A stretch of 55,781 nt of DNA, filler included, from an uncultured bacterium (GCA_964543655.1; 6 parts of 5 records of this genome joined end to end with filler, not necessarily neighbours in it), one strand, 5' to 3'; shown: positions 9,313 through 20,200, counted from the first letter of the whole stretch. Notes: generated by a model not told the origin, from the sequence alone. Numbers and translations: made by a program.

Positions 9313-10623
9313 TTATTTAGGAAAAATTTTTCTCATTTCTTCTAAAGTTTCACCATAAGAAAATTTTTCTTCTATCTTTTGCTTTAAAAATGTATTAATT
9401 AAGTCTATTTTATCAATTGCAAAATCTATTTTAGGGTTAGAACCTCTGTTATATGCACCAATATTAATTAAGTCCTCTGCTTCTTTATAGGTAGCATAGG
9501 TGGAAATAAGCTTTCCAGCAAGTTCTTTATGCTCCTCACTAACAACATCATTCATAACCCTGCTTTTGCTATTTAAAATATCTATACATGGGTAATGATT
9601 TAACGCAGCTAACTGCCTGGATAGGATAATATGTCCATCTAAAATAGCCCTTGTAGCATCAGCTATTGGCTCATTCATATCATCACCTTCAACAAGCACT
9701 GTGTAAATAGCAGTAAAACTTCCTTCAGATGCAGAATTCCCTGCTCTTTCAAGGAGTTTTGGAAGTGTAGCAAAAACAGAGGGTGTATAACCTTTGGTTG
9801 TTGGTGGTTCACCAATAGCAAGGCCTATTTCTCTCTGAGCCATTGCAAAACGCGTAATAGAATCCATCATTAATAGCACATCTTTACCCTGCTCTCTAAA
9901 ATATTCAGCAATACTTGTAGCTACAAATGCTCCTCTCATTCTAAGTAGTGGTGAATTATCTGAAGTTACTGCAACAACCACTGACCTTTTCAAACCCTCT
10001 TCTCCAAGATCTTTTTCAATAAATTCTTTAACTTCTCTTCCCCTTTCACCAATTAATCCAATAACATTTACATCAGCTTTAGTATATCTTGCCATCATAC
10101 CAATAAGAGTGCTTTTGCCAACACCAGAACCTGCAAGAATACCTATTCTCTGTCCCTTTCCTATTGTGAGCAGACCATTGATAGATTTAATCCCTACATC
10201 AAGTGGCTCTTTTATCCTTCTCCTTTCAAGAGGATTCAGAGGCTCATGGTATATACTTATAGAATCTGTGGCTGTTATTTCTCCTTTGTTATCTATTGGA
10301 TTGCCAAGAGCATCAATCACTCTCCCGAGCAACCCATTACCCACTCTAATAGTTGTTAATCCTTTCTCAGCATATATTTTACAATTAGGAGTAAGACCTT
10401 TTATATCAGTATATGGCATAAGTAATACTTTATTGCCTCTAAATCCAACTACTTCAGCTCTAACTGATTCATCATTTTCATTTATAATAGAGCAAACTGT
10501 GCCTATTGACACTCCAGGTCCTATCCCCTCAATGATAGTACCGGTTACTTCTGTAACTTTTCCATAAATTTTAATAAAATCTTCATTTTTTAAAATAGAG
10601 TCAATTTTTTTAAAAATTTTCAT
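9313..10623 (-). CDS. fliI: Flagellar export ATPase
   Basis: Motifs GSGVGKST, GLIGERGREV, MDSITRFAMAQREIGL and GEPPTTKGY. Confidence 0.96.
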   Translation of the reverse strand: MKIFKKIDSILKNEDFIKIYGKVTEVTGTIIEGIGPGVSIGTVCSIINENDESVRAEVVGFRGNKVLLMPYTDIKGLTPNCKIYAEKGLTTIRVGNGLLGRVIDALGNPIDNKGEITATDSISIYHEPLNPLERRRIKEPLDVGIKSINGLLTIGKGQRIGILAGSGVGKSTLIGMMARYTKADVNVIGLIGERGREVKEFIEKDLGEEGLKRSVVVAVTSDNSPLLRMRGAFVATSIAEYFREQGKDVLLMMDSITRFAMAQREIGLAIGEPPTTKGYTPSVFATLPKLLERAGNSASEGSFTAIYTVLVEGDDMNEPIADATRAILDGHIILSRQLAALNHYPCIDILNSKSRVMNDVVSEEHKELAGKLISTYATYKEAEDLINIGAYNRGSNPKIDFAIDKIDLINTFLKQKIEEKFSYGETLEEMRKIFPK

Positions 10624-11216
10624 TTTATTTTATAATTGAAGCTTTTTCTATGAATTTTGGAAAGACCAAACTTAGCAATTAATTCTTTATGCCTTTTAGT
10701 TGGATAACCTTTATGCTTTTCAAATTCATACTCAGGAAAGATTTTGGCATAATTTAACATTATTTTATCTCTAATATATTTTGCAATGATTGATGCTGCT
10801 GCAACTGAGATAGATTTTCTGTCTCCTTTGACTATAAGCTGTTCTTTACAATCAAGGCCAGGGGAATGATTACCATCAATTAAAGCAATTTCAGGTTTTA
10901 CTGAAAGTTTTTCAAATGCCATTTTCATAGCCAGCAATGCTGCATTTAAAATATTAATTTTATCAATAATTAAATTATTAACTGCTTTAACCTTTAAATC
11001 AATTGCATTTTTTTTTATTAAAAAAAAAGCTTTCTCCCTTTTTAATGGAGAAAGCTTTTTTGAATCATTAATTAAGTCTGATTTAAAATCATCTGGTAGA
11101 ATAACAGCTGCTGCTACAACAGGACCTGCAAGAGGACCCCGTCCTGCTTCATCTATACCTGCTACAATTTTATACTTCTTTCTAAATTCTTTATCAAACA
11201 GGTATAAATTATTCAT
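10620..11216 (-). CDS. rnhB: Ribonuclease HII
   Basis: Motifs GIDEAGRGPLAGPV, DSKKL, AAASIIAK and HKGYPT. Start moved to ATG 11216, after the rplS stop. Confidence 0.95.
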   Translation of the reverse strand: MNNLYLFDKEFRKKYKIVAGIDEAGRGPLAGPVVAAAVILPDDFKSDLINDSKKLSPLKREKAFFLIKKNAIDLKVKAVNNLIIDKINILNAALLAMKMAFEKLSVKPEIALIDGNHSPGLDCKEQLIVKGDRKSISVAAASIIAKYIRDKIMLNYAKIFPEYEFEKHKGYPTKRHKELIAKFGLSKIHRKSFNYKIK

Positions 11217-11223
11217 TAAAATT

Positions 11224-11565
11224 TTATCTTTTTTCTTTAATTCTTGCAGCTTTACCTTTGAGAGCTCTAATATAGTATAGTTTGGCTCTCCTAACTCTAC
11301 CACGTCTAATTACTTCAATCTTCTCAATAAATGGTGAATGAAGCGGAAATATTCTCTCTACACCAATACCAAATGAAATTTTCCTAACAGTAAAAGTGGA
11401 GCTTAACCCATTGTTTTTTCTTTTAATAACCACACCCTGAAAAACCTGTATCCTCTCTTTATCTCCCTCTCTAACTCTAAGATGAACTTTCACAGTATCT
11501 CCAGCTTTGAACTCTGGAATATCCTCTCTCATCTGCTCCATTTCCAAATAATCAATTGCATTCAT
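11224..11565 (-). CDS. rplS: 50S ribosomal protein L19
   Basis: Motifs [15 protein letters not shown] and RRAKLYY. Confidence 0.98.
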   Translation of the reverse strand: MNAIDYLEMEQMREDIPEFKAGDTVKVHLRVREGDKERIQVFQGVVIKRKNNGLSSTFTVRKISFGIGVERIFPLHSPFIEKIEVIRRGRVRRAKLYYIRALKGKAARIKEKR

Positions 11566-11577
11566 TTTATATCCTCC

Positions 11578-12861
11578 TTAAAATCCTATTAATCTATCTA
11601 AAATTATTGAAACTGCACTTCTAACAGATAGATGGTTAAAATCTCCTAATCCATATAATGGCTCAAGCATAAAGTCAACTTTTTCTATAACTTTGTCACT
11701 TAATCCCCAACCTGTTCCAAAAAGTAGCAAAATAGCATTTTCTTCAAGTAATTTTTGTGCTTTTGCTATTGAAATTATTTTTTTTGAAATTTGTGCTGAT
11801 GTTCCAAGCACCAGCAAATTTTTTTCTGTTAGTTTTTTTACAGTTTCTATACACTCTTCTGTTGTTCTTGAAAAATCAACAATATTAAGAGCTGTTGAAC
11901 GGTTTTTATTATACTTAAACCCAAACCCTTCTCTCCAATGGTTAATTATCCTTTTAGCATAATCAACCTGCTCATCTACTGGATTAACAATAAAATATTT
12001 TTTTATTTCATATGTTTTTCCAACCCTTGCAATATCATGAATGTCAAGGTTGGTAATTGCTGTGGCAACTTCTTCTTTATTTTTGTTCAAAACAGGATAA
12101 TGAATTAATCCAATGAATAATTCATACTTTTTCTTTTTATAAACTTCTTTAATAATATTAACATCTTCTAAGCTTAAAGGCTCTTTTCTATTTTTAATTA
12201 AATCTATCCTTCTCTGGAAAGTTGTTTTAACCTGCATAAAATGCCTAAACTTATCTATCTCTTTATGATTGCCTGAAAATAGAACTTCTGGCACTTTTAA
12301 ACCACAAAACTCTCTCGGTTTTGTGTAATGTGGATACTCTAAAAAATTAGATGTATAAGATTCATTAATTGTTGATTCATTTTTACCTATTACTCCTGGT
12401 AAAAGCCTGCAAATAGATTCTATCAAACAACATGCAGCACTTTCACCACCCATTAAGACGAAATCACCAATTGACAATTCATCATCAATAAACCTGGTTA
12501 CTCTTTCATCAACACCTTCATACCTGCCACAAATTAATGTAATATTCTTTTCCTTGCTTAATGCTTTAACTTTTTCTTGAGTTAATTTTTCACCTTTTGC
12601 TGATAGGAGAATTGTTCTACCTCTCTTATCTTTTGTCAATGAACTGAGAGCCTTATATATAGGCTCTACTTTCAACACCATTCCGCATCCACCACCATAC
12701 GGTGTATCATCAACAACTTTATGTTTACTCTCTGAAAAATCCCTAATATTTATAAGATTAAATGAAATTATTCTATTTTCTACAGCTTTTTTTAATAATG
12801 AAATATTAAAAAAATTTTCAAAAATCTCAGGAAAAAGAGATAATATGTTAAAACATGTCAA
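11578..12861 (-). CDS. trmD: tRNA m1G37 methyltransferase TrmD fused to a C-terminal SPOUT RNA methyltransferase domain (DUF2168-like)
   Basis: TrmD motifs VDDTPYGGG, CGRYEGVDER and SIGDFVLMGGE. C-terminal domain motifs LIHYPV, TNLDIHDIAR, FGTGWGL and NHLSVRSA. Confidence 0.93.
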   Translation of the reverse strand: MTCFNILSLFPEIFENFFNISLLKKAVENRIISFNLINIRDFSESKHKVVDDTPYGGGCGMVLKVEPIYKALSSLTKDKRGRTILLSAKGEKLTQEKVKALSKEKNITLICGRYEGVDERVTRFIDDELSIGDFVLMGGESAACCLIESICRLLPGVIGKNESTINESYTSNFLEYPHYTKPREFCGLKVPEVLFSGNHKEIDKFRHFMQVKTTFQRRIDLIKNRKEPLSLEDVNIIKEVYKKKKYELFIGLIHYPVLNKNKEEVATAITNLDIHDIARVGKTYEIKKYFIVNPVDEQVDYAKRIINHWREGFGFKYNKNRSTALNIVDFSRTTEECIETVKKLTEKNLLVLGTSAQISKKIISIAKAQKLLEENAILLLFGTGWGLSDKVIEKVDFMLEPLYGLGDFNHLSVRSAVSIILDRLIGF

Positions 12862-12862
12862 A

Positions 12863-13366
12863 TTAAACTTCCTCTAACTCCTCAATAATCATCTTCTTTT
12901 TCTCTAAATCTATCTCTTTAACAACACTTTCAAGATAAGGGATAAGCTTCTCTTCTTTATCTTTTTTTACAACAAATACATCATTGCTGCCTGTTTCTAT
13001 TATATTTTTTATTACTCCTAAATACTCACCATCAACATTATAAACATTTAGGTCAATTAATTCATACCAGTAATATTCATCGTCCTCTAATTTCTTTAAC
13101 TGACTTTTATGAATAAAAACATCTTTCCCTTTGAGGTATAATTCTACCTCATTAATGGAGTCTATACCTTTTAATTTTAGTAATATTTGATTCTTATGAA
13201 ATTTAAAATTTTCTATAAAATAAGAAAGAAGTTTTCCTCCCCTTTCAAGGAAAACTTCTCTATAATCAAATTCTTCTAAATCACCAGAGTAGTAAAATCT
13301 GGCATAACCTCTTATGCCGTGGTTATTGGTAATTTTGCCAATTTTAATAAAATCTGTTCTATTCAA
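12863..13366 (-). CDS. rimM: 16S rRNA processing protein RimM
   Basis: Motifs [17 protein letters not shown] and ETGSNDV, in the usual operon context. Confidence 0.95.
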   Translation of the reverse strand: MNRTDFIKIGKITNNHGIRGYARFYYSGDLEEFDYREVFLERGGKLLSYFIENFKFHKNQILLKLKGIDSINEVELYLKGKDVFIHKSQLKKLEDDEYYWYELIDLNVYNVDGEYLGVIKNIIETGSNDVFVVKKDKEEKLIPYLESVVKEIDLEKKKMIIEELEEV

Positions 13367-13592
13367 TTATTTCTAAAACAGCCCTCTTGTTAACTTTGTT
13401 AGAAGCTGCTGCTAAAATTGTCCTTAACGCTCTTGCTGTTTTACCCTGTTTACCAATAACTTTACCAAGATCTTCCTTTGCCACAATCAACTCAATCACA
13501 GAAGTTTTCTCACCTTCAATCTCTGTAACTTTTACCTTTTCTGGATAATCTACCAATGATTTTGCAATGAATTCAATAAGCTCTTTTAACAT
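13359..13592 (-). CDS. khpA: KH-domain RNA-binding protein KhpA
   Basis: Motif [17 protein letters not shown]. Lies between rpsP and rimM. Confidence 0.93.
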   Translation of the reverse strand: MLKELIEFIAKSLVDYPEKVKVTEIEGEKTSVIELIVAKEDLGKVIGKQGKTARALRTILAAASNKVNKRAVLEIIE

Positions 13593-13867
13593 TATTCTGC
13601 TCCTCCTTCTTCTGATACTTGTTCTTGCAAGATTTTTGTATTTTCAATCAATTTAGCAACTGTGTTTGAAGGTTTTGCTCCAACTCCTAACCAATATTGC
13701 AATCTCTCTTTATTAAATTTAATAATTGATGGATTGGGTAAAGGGTCATAATATCCTAATATTTCTAAAAATTTTCCGTCTCTGGGAGACTCTGAATTTG
13801 CAGCAACAATTCTGTAAAATGGTCTTTTTTTTCTACCAAATCTTTGACATCTAATCCTAACTGCCAT
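13592..13867 (-). CDS. rpsP: 30S ribosomal protein S16
   Basis: MAVRIR...PFYRIV...RDGK...LGYYDP. Confidence 0.98.
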   Translation of the reverse strand: MAVRIRCQRFGRKKRPFYRIVAANSESPRDGKFLEILGYYDPLPNPSIIKFNKERLQYWLGVGAKPSNTVAKLIENTKILQEQVSEEGGAE

Positions 13868-13930
13868 TTATACTACTCTCCTTTAAATTTTATTTGTGTT
13901 CGCTTGCATTATAGAATTTTTTATAAAAAA

Positions 13931-14242
13931 TCAAGCATTTTTTTCATTTTCATCAACATTTTTTACTTTTATAAATGGAGACACTATTTTTTTCTCTTCA
14001 TTATCATATTCATCAATCCTTTTTATATGCTGATATGGTATTAAAATTCTTTTTGTATTTTCAAACTCTTTTTTTAAAGCATCCTCCTCTGGTGTTATTA
14101 CAACTTTTGATGGATCAGTTAAAATAAAATCAGAAACTTCAAGGAATCCAAAAAATTCACTATCCCTAACAACCTGTGCTTTTATATCATATTCCTTTTT
14201 TCCAGTTGTAAACTGGATTCTAAACAACTTCTTTTCCTCCAC
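13931..14242 (-). CDS. DUF1820-like conserved protein
   Basis: Pattern FGFLEV...PEEDALKKEF..TKRILIP...IKRIDE. Confidence 0.7.
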   Translation of the reverse strand: MEEKKLFRIQFTTGKKEYDIKAQVVRDSEFFGFLEVSDFILTDPSKVVITPEEDALKKEFENTKRILIPYQHIKRIDEYDNEEKKIVSPFIKVKNVDENEKNA

Positions 14243-14978
14243 TGCTTTTCTCCATTTTCTTTTTTATAATATACTCTAAATTTCTTACCTGTCTAATTAC
14301 CCCATACAATAGATTTAGTTCATTTCTCTCAACAAAAGTTCTACCAAATAATTTCCTAATGGCTTTCATTTTAAACTCAGGATTTTCTTTATCTAAAAAA
14401 TCTATATCAATAAGTAAATTTTGAAAATTTTTATAAAAAGTCTCCATTTCTTCTACTGAAACAACTTCACCAATGTGTGGTTTAGTAACAAATTTAATTT
14501 CTTTAAAAAGTTCATAACAGAATAAAAGTACAGATTGAGATAAATTCAAGCATGGATACTCATCAGATGATGGTATCTCTGCAAGCATTGAGCAAAGGTC
14601 AATCTCTTGATTGAGCAATCCAATCCTTTCTCTTCCAAACACAATGCCTATTTTATTTTTATCTGAATGAGCCTTTAATATAGCTGCAATATCTGGCACA
14701 CTGTAAACAGGCTTTCTATACTTTCCTTTTTTCGCTGTTGTTGCCACTGTAATATTTAAATCTTTTATTGCGTCATAAAATGAGTGGAAAATTTCTGCTT
14801 TTTCAAGTATATCAGTAGCATTAACAGAAAGTTTTATTGCTTCTTCATTTAAATAATCACATGGGTTAACAAGCCTGAGATTTGAAAATCCCATATTTTT
14901 CATGGCTCTTGCAACAGAGCCAATATTTCCACTAAACACTGGCTCTACAAGTATAATAAAAAAGTTATCCATTTTCAC
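14220..14978 (-). CDS. trmJ: TrmJ-family SPOUT tRNA methyltransferase
   Basis: Motifs ILVEP...GNIGSVARAMKNMG, VFGRE..GL and LNLSQSV. Confidence 0.88.
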   Translation of the reverse strand: MKMDNFFIILVEPVFSGNIGSVARAMKNMGFSNLRLVNPCDYLNEEAIKLSVNATDILEKAEIFHSFYDAIKDLNITVATTAKKGKYRKPVYSVPDIAAILKAHSDKNKIGIVFGRERIGLLNQEIDLCSMLAEIPSSDEYPCLNLSQSVLLFCYELFKEIKFVTKPHIGEVVSVEEMETFYKNFQNLLIDIDFLDKENPEFKMKAIRKLFGRTFVERNELNLLYGVIRQVRNLEYIIKKKMEKSSGGKEVV

Positions 14979-15855
14979 TTTTATAAATCAAATAATTAAC
15001 TATTGCCAGCACTAATACTGTTCCAACAAGGAAAATCTGCTTCTCAACTTTTGGATGTTCAAATGTAGCGATTAAAATTTTCCTTACAAATGCAACAAGC
15101 ACCACACTTATAAAAACTGAAATATTGATTTTCTTTGTTTTTAAGTTTTTAATTTCAACTTCAATTAATTCAAGCATCATCCATAAAATAAGCATTGTTC
15201 CAAGGGTGGTAATTATTCCCTCTTCAATTTTCCCATCAAGAATTAGCGCAAAATCTTTTACAAAAAAAACAAGAATCGCCCCTGACATTAGCACAAGCAT
15301 AACAACTATTACTACATTGAGAAAATGAGCAAAGTTTTCAGCAAAGAGAAGCAACTTGTTTTCAATTCTTATTTTTAAAAACCTGTTTTCAAGGTCTCTT
15401 TCCCTTGTATTAGAATTGATAATATCAAGATTGAAATCTAAAAGCTTATTAGCTATATTAATTATCTTTACTCTATCTTCAACATTTTCATAATAATTTC
15501 TAATAATATCAGTTAATGTATGTCTAATTAAACCAATCCCTGCATTTATATAATGTGGATTAACATTGTGGTTAGCATGGGTAATACCAATGTTTCTAAT
15601 AAATGTGGCATATTCTTTGTCAAAAGGAGGAGTAAATAATCTAAAAATCCATTTTTTAAAATTTTTTATAAACTTCTCTTCATTTTCTTTATTATTAAAG
15701 TAAGTTTTCAAACTTTCTTCTGAGCTATAAAAAAGCAGTACTGGACTTAAAAATAACTCAAAATTATCCTCTACAATTTTTGGTAATTCTTTTATTAATT
15801 CAATCTCTTCTTCATCAAGACTATAATATTTTTTATAAATTTCAAATGCTCGCAT
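14965..15855 (-). CDS. Sensor-globin (protoglobin-like) domain fused to a PsiE-like four-helix membrane domain
   Basis: Globin-like N-terminus with IGITHANHNVNPHYI (proximal His region). C-terminus has 4 hydrophobic segments and the VAFVRKILI motif typical of PsiE. Confidence 0.75.
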   Translation of the reverse strand: MRAFEIYKKYYSLDEEEIELIKELPKIVEDNFELFLSPVLLFYSSEESLKTYFNNKENEEKFIKNFKKWIFRLFTPPFDKEYATFIRNIGITHANHNVNPHYINAGIGLIRHTLTDIIRNYYENVEDRVKIINIANKLLDFNLDIINSNTRERDLENRFLKIRIENKLLLFAENFAHFLNVVIVVMLVLMSGAILVFFVKDFALILDGKIEEGIITTLGTMLILWMMLELIEVEIKNLKTKKINISVFISVVLVAFVRKILIATFEHPKVEKQIFLVGTVLVLAIVNYLIYKSENG

Positions 15856-15858
15856 ATT

Positions 15859-16038
15859 TTAACCTGTAAGCTTTATAGCATTATTTCCACAGTTCCTAAT
15901 ACATTCACCACATTCAATACAATTTTCCGGAAATTCAACAATTGCAATGTTATCTTTTACCCCAAAAACTTCATAAGGGCATATATCAACGCAAACCTGG
16001 CAATTGATACACTTATCTTTAATTATCTCTGGATACAT
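15859..16038 (-). CDS. 2[4Fe-4S] ferredoxin
   Basis: Motifs CINCQVCVDICP and CIECGECIRNC. ATG 16038 follows AGAGG. Confidence 0.92.
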   Translation of the reverse strand: MYPEIIKDKCINCQVCVDICPYEVFGVKDNIAIVEFPENCIECGECIRNCGNNAIKLTG

Positions 16039-16045
16039 TAAACCT

Positions 16046-16582
16046 CTATAAATTAAATTTTTCAAGAACAAAAAAGAGAATTAATACAAAAATTACAAAT
16101 GGTATTATTATATACCATGGATTTAGAATATTTAAAAGAGCTGGAAAAGTCATCTTTCCCATGTATCCAATCTTTAAAAATGATACTCTCAATGAATTAT
16201 AAACCTCACCATAAATTAGAGCCCCTAAAAAAATTCCTATTAATCCCCAGAATGAATCTAATCTGCCTTCACCTAAGGCAGCAGCTGATTGACCCGGTCA
16301 GCCACCAAGCAGAGCAAAACCAACACCAAATATAGTGCCACCAACTGCAATTGCTGCAATTCTAACAGGAGAAATATACCTCAGAATATTTGGTATCATA
16401 CCTGCCTCAATCATAATATATAGACCAACCATTGCTACTACAATAGCACTCATCATAAATTTGATTACTGTAAAATCTTTAAATCTCAACACATTAACAA
16501 TGGTTTCAAACTTGGTAATTTGAATCCTTTGAAGCAAAAATCCAAAGACTATCCCTATTAAAATAGGAGTTAAATAATGCAT
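16046..16582 (-). CDS. YeeE/YedE (DUF395) sulfur-compound transporter family protein, probable selenoprotein (UGA at 16298-16300, residue 95 of 178)
   Basis: The frame stays open for 83 codons past TGA: FALLGG-U-PGQSAAALGEGRLDSFWGLIGIFLGALIY...EKFNL*. TGA occupies the Cys position of the family GxCPG motif, and a SECIS-like hairpin follows. Confidence 0.88.
16263..16281 (-). promoter_or_regulatory. Candidate bacterial SECIS element (yeeE)
   Basis: CTGCCTT-AGGTG-AAGGCAG stem-loop. The loop begins 23 nt after UGA, with G at loop position 2. Confidence 0.75.
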
Positions 16583-16592
16583 AACCTCCTCC

Positions 16593-17114
16593 TTAATAAT
16601 CTTTATTACCAAAAAGTAAAAATGCAGTAATAATACCACCTAAAAAGAAAAAACAAATTGCAAGCCAGCCACTTACACTTAAAAAAGCACCACCGCTGAT
16701 ACCTTGACCACTTGTGCAGCCGCCTGCCATTCGAGCTCCAAAACCTACAAAAATACCACCAACAATTGCTGCAACAATTCTTAATAATTTATTATCACCA
16801 AATCTTTTGCTCCACATTTTTGGAATTAACCTAAATTTTATATCATTTGAAAGACGGGCAGAAATATACCCACCTATAAACATTCCCAATACAGCTAATG
16901 TTGTCCAATCAATATACGGCTTATAGTAATGGTAATATTTTAATGTTACAAAGTGAGATGGAAAAAATTTTTTTTCAAAGATTCCTGCAAGCCTTGTAAA
17001 AGCAGAGGAAGCACCAAGAGCATGATGCGAAACATACACAGCAACAAGCTCAAGTATTCCGAGCAATGCACCTCCAACATAAGGAGACCAACGTTTTTTT
17101 GTAAGAAAACTCAT
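16593..17114 (-). CDS. YeeE/YedE (DUF395) family membrane protein
   Basis: Motifs WSPYVGGALLG, LGASS and FGARMAGGCTSG. Confidence 0.9.
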   Translation of the reverse strand: MSFLTKKRWSPYVGGALLGILELVAVYVSHHALGASSAFTRLAGIFEKKFFPSHFVTLKYYHYYKPYIDWTTLAVLGMFIGGYISARLSNDIKFRLIPKMWSKRFGDNKLLRIVAAIVGGIFVGFGARMAGGCTSGQGISGGAFLSVSGWLAICFFFLGGIITAFLLFGNKDY

Positions 17115-17131
17115 TACTACCTCCTTTTAAA

Positions 17132-17231
17132 NNNNNNNNNNNNNNNNNNNNNNNNNNNNNNNNNNNNNNNNNNNNTTAATTAATTAANNNNNNNNNNNNN
17201 NNNNNNNNNNNNNNNNNNNNNNNNNNNNNNN
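17132..17231. other. Artificial contig linker
   Basis: N44-TTAATTAATTAA-N44, giving stops in all six frames. Confidence 0.98.
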
Positions 17232-20200
17232 GCAGGTTATAACTATGTAGTAGCAGTAGGATCGCTTGATAGAAAAACAGGAAAAAGAGCGATTTATTCA
17301 AACTATGGAGAATGGATTGATGAATGGGTAGAAGATGGTATTTGGACTTTTGATGGGAAAAAGTATAGTAGAGAGTATGGGACTTCTGAGGCAAGTGCGG
17401 TTGTGAGTGGAACGATGCAAGGATCAAAAATTTATAAAGGCTATAGAAGTAACTGTGTAAAACATTTGAAATATACATTAGTTGATTATCATATTAGTAG
17501 TAATGATATTGAAACAGTTAATACACTAACAGTAAACGAAAAAGATTTTTTTGATATATATTCAAACATTTCTTTATATAGTAAAATGAATAAAATGATT
17601 ACTGCAACGATTTTCAATGATTTAAATTTCCAGTCTTTATTCAATCTTGATAATGAATATAATATAGGATTGGACAAAAAGGAAATTAAAATAATGTTGC
17701 TAAGCTTGTTTGATGAATACCTATCACAAACAAATAATATTTATAATTTTAATGATTTTAGGCAAGCAGTTAATACATATTATGGTAATGCAATTATTAA
17801 AAATACTTATAGCTTTCTTTTAAAAGAAACTACAGAATTAAAGTTAGCAAAAACTAATGAAAAACGAAAAAAAATTCTTATGAAAATGATAAAAAAATCA
17901 GAACAGTTGAATAAATGGATTGCTAAAAAAAATGACCCAAAACTAAAATATTATATTTTAAAAATTCAAGAGTATTTGAATAATCGTATTTCAACATTAA
18001 AAAAAGACCAAGAGAAATTAATTGAAAAAGCCATTTTAATGTCTAAAAAAATTAATAAATATAATAAATATTTAGATAATGTAGATAAATTTTTTTTTGG
18101 GTTAGATTCTTTTTTGAAAATAATGGATTTTTCATTTTCTGTAATAGAACAATCAAGCCAACAATCGCAAATAGATGATTTATATAAAAATTTCATTGCT
18201 ATGAAGGGTGTAGAATTTATCGAAATTATGAAAAGTTTAAAATCCGACTTATATGTTGGAAATAAAATGTCAAAAGGTGCACAAGATTTTTTAAATTATA
18301 TTAATAATATACCAAGTTCCATAGAAGGAATAAAGGAAAATTTTATACCTCCAAAACTTTCATATGATAAAGTAGTTGTTCAAGGTGGATCATATTTCTT
18401 AGAAGCACTATTGGATTTTAAAATATTAAAAGATTCTCCAAAAATATTAAAAAATTCATTAAGTTTATCAATGATTATCTTAACGCACACTATAGAACAA
18501 TTACACTCAGGTATTTCAAATCAAGTAGATTTTTTTGGAGCAAAAAAGAATTATTTAAATTGGAAATCATTAATTTATAATTTAAAATATAAAAGCTTTT
18601 ATATTTCGGAAGATAATTATTTATTTAATTCTGATAGAATAAAGCAACAAATTGCAATTAGTTTACTTGAAAAAATCTTTTTTAAATCATCTATTGAATT
18701 TTTAATTAAACATGCAAAAAATGATGCTACATTTGAAGGACAAACTTTTAATGAGCTGATATCTTTTAAAAACAATAAGTTAGAAATAAATAGTATAGGT
18801 CTAAAAAAAGCAGCTTTTGATGCAATAAATGTGGTTGCAAATAGCATATCAATAATTTGGACTGATTTTGGGAAAAATACATTGTTAAGTGATATTCAAT
18901 TTATGGGAGGGAAAGGGAAGTTAATTGATTTTAGGTGGTATTTTTGGAATATATTAAATAGCAAACAATATAGGGAACATAATGCATTAAGTCGAAAAAA
19001 AGTGATAAGTGATTTTGTTAGCAAAGCTAATATAATTTTCCGAGGAATAAATTCCTATCAATACTATCTAATAAATTTATTGAAATATGATTTTGCATTA
19101 GATGAAATTTATAATGACAACAATAAAAACGACATTTTAACCAAATGGCAAAAGATCAAAAATACTGCTGAAATGATTGCTGAAAGAGATAAGCTTTCAA
19201 AGAATGAAGATATAAAAGTTAAATTGATGTTAAATTTAGATCATAATTATTATTATGGTTATTCTCTTTTTGATTATAGAGATATAAAAAAATTGGGAGA
19301 ACCGATAAATAGAAAAGATTTCTTTATAATGATGTTAAAAGCAATAAAATACAATCCTTATCAAGATAAAGAGTTTATGGATAAGTTTTTTGATGCTATT
19401 TTGAAAAATAAAAAAGATTTTTTCTTTAATGACCTTGATGATGAACAAAATGGTAAAAAATTAACATTAAATGAAAAGATATGGCTTACATATGGTAAAT
19501 ACAAATCCATAATAAATGGAGACAATAATAGAGTTTTGCCTTTTAATACTGTAAATAGAGCAACAGCAATGGCTATAGTCGGAAGAATTTATAAACAATT
19601 TATTGGCAAAAAAAACTATACAGAAATTGCTTCTAATAAAGTTAAAGAGTTGAATATCATTGACTATTATAAAGTAAATAAAAATTATTCTTATTTTAAA
19701 GATGATATTGATGTGTGTTTAGCTGAGGGAATTATCGTGGGTGCAGGGTTAAATGATGGTTCAAGAACTCTTATGTTAGATAATAAGCTTACATATAATG
19801 GAGCAATTACAATTGCATTGAGAGTAGATAATGGTATAAATAAAGAAAAAGCAAAAAGATTTTTAAATAGTATTGGAAAGTTTCTGGATAACTATTTTCC
19901 AACTTTTAAAGAACAAGAGAGTATACAAAATATATTTCAAAAATATACAAATTCTTTACCTACTATAAAAGGTGGTCAAATTAATAAAATTAAAATTAAA
20001 ACAGTATTAAAAAAAGAAGTATTAAATAAATTTCAATTTAAATGGTTAATGGCAGGTGCACAAATAGATAAAGTCGAAAATAGAATTAATGAAAATGGAT
20101 TCATAGAATTTTATATTTATGTAAAACCTGAATGGAACAAAGAACCTTATATACTGCCTTTAGAGGTTGTAGTAACAAATATGAATGGAGATAGTTTGAG

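Noticed and set aside
11217-11303. N-terminal extensions given by the ORF track (rnhB; similarly hypF, cbiG, the 33934 thioesterase, DUF4198 and ispB)
   Set aside because: They overlap neighbouring genes or terminators and lack homology. Downstream ATGs fit better.
16298-16300. Genome-wide UGA reassignment (code 4 or 25) as the explanation for in-frame TGA
   Set aside because: Conserved genes such as recJ, khpA and fliJ end at TGA where expected, with overlapping downstream starts, and Trp is encoded by TGG.
16099-16335. Plus-strand 78-aa ORF
   Set aside because: It is the antisense shadow of the read-through half of the Sec-YeeE gene.
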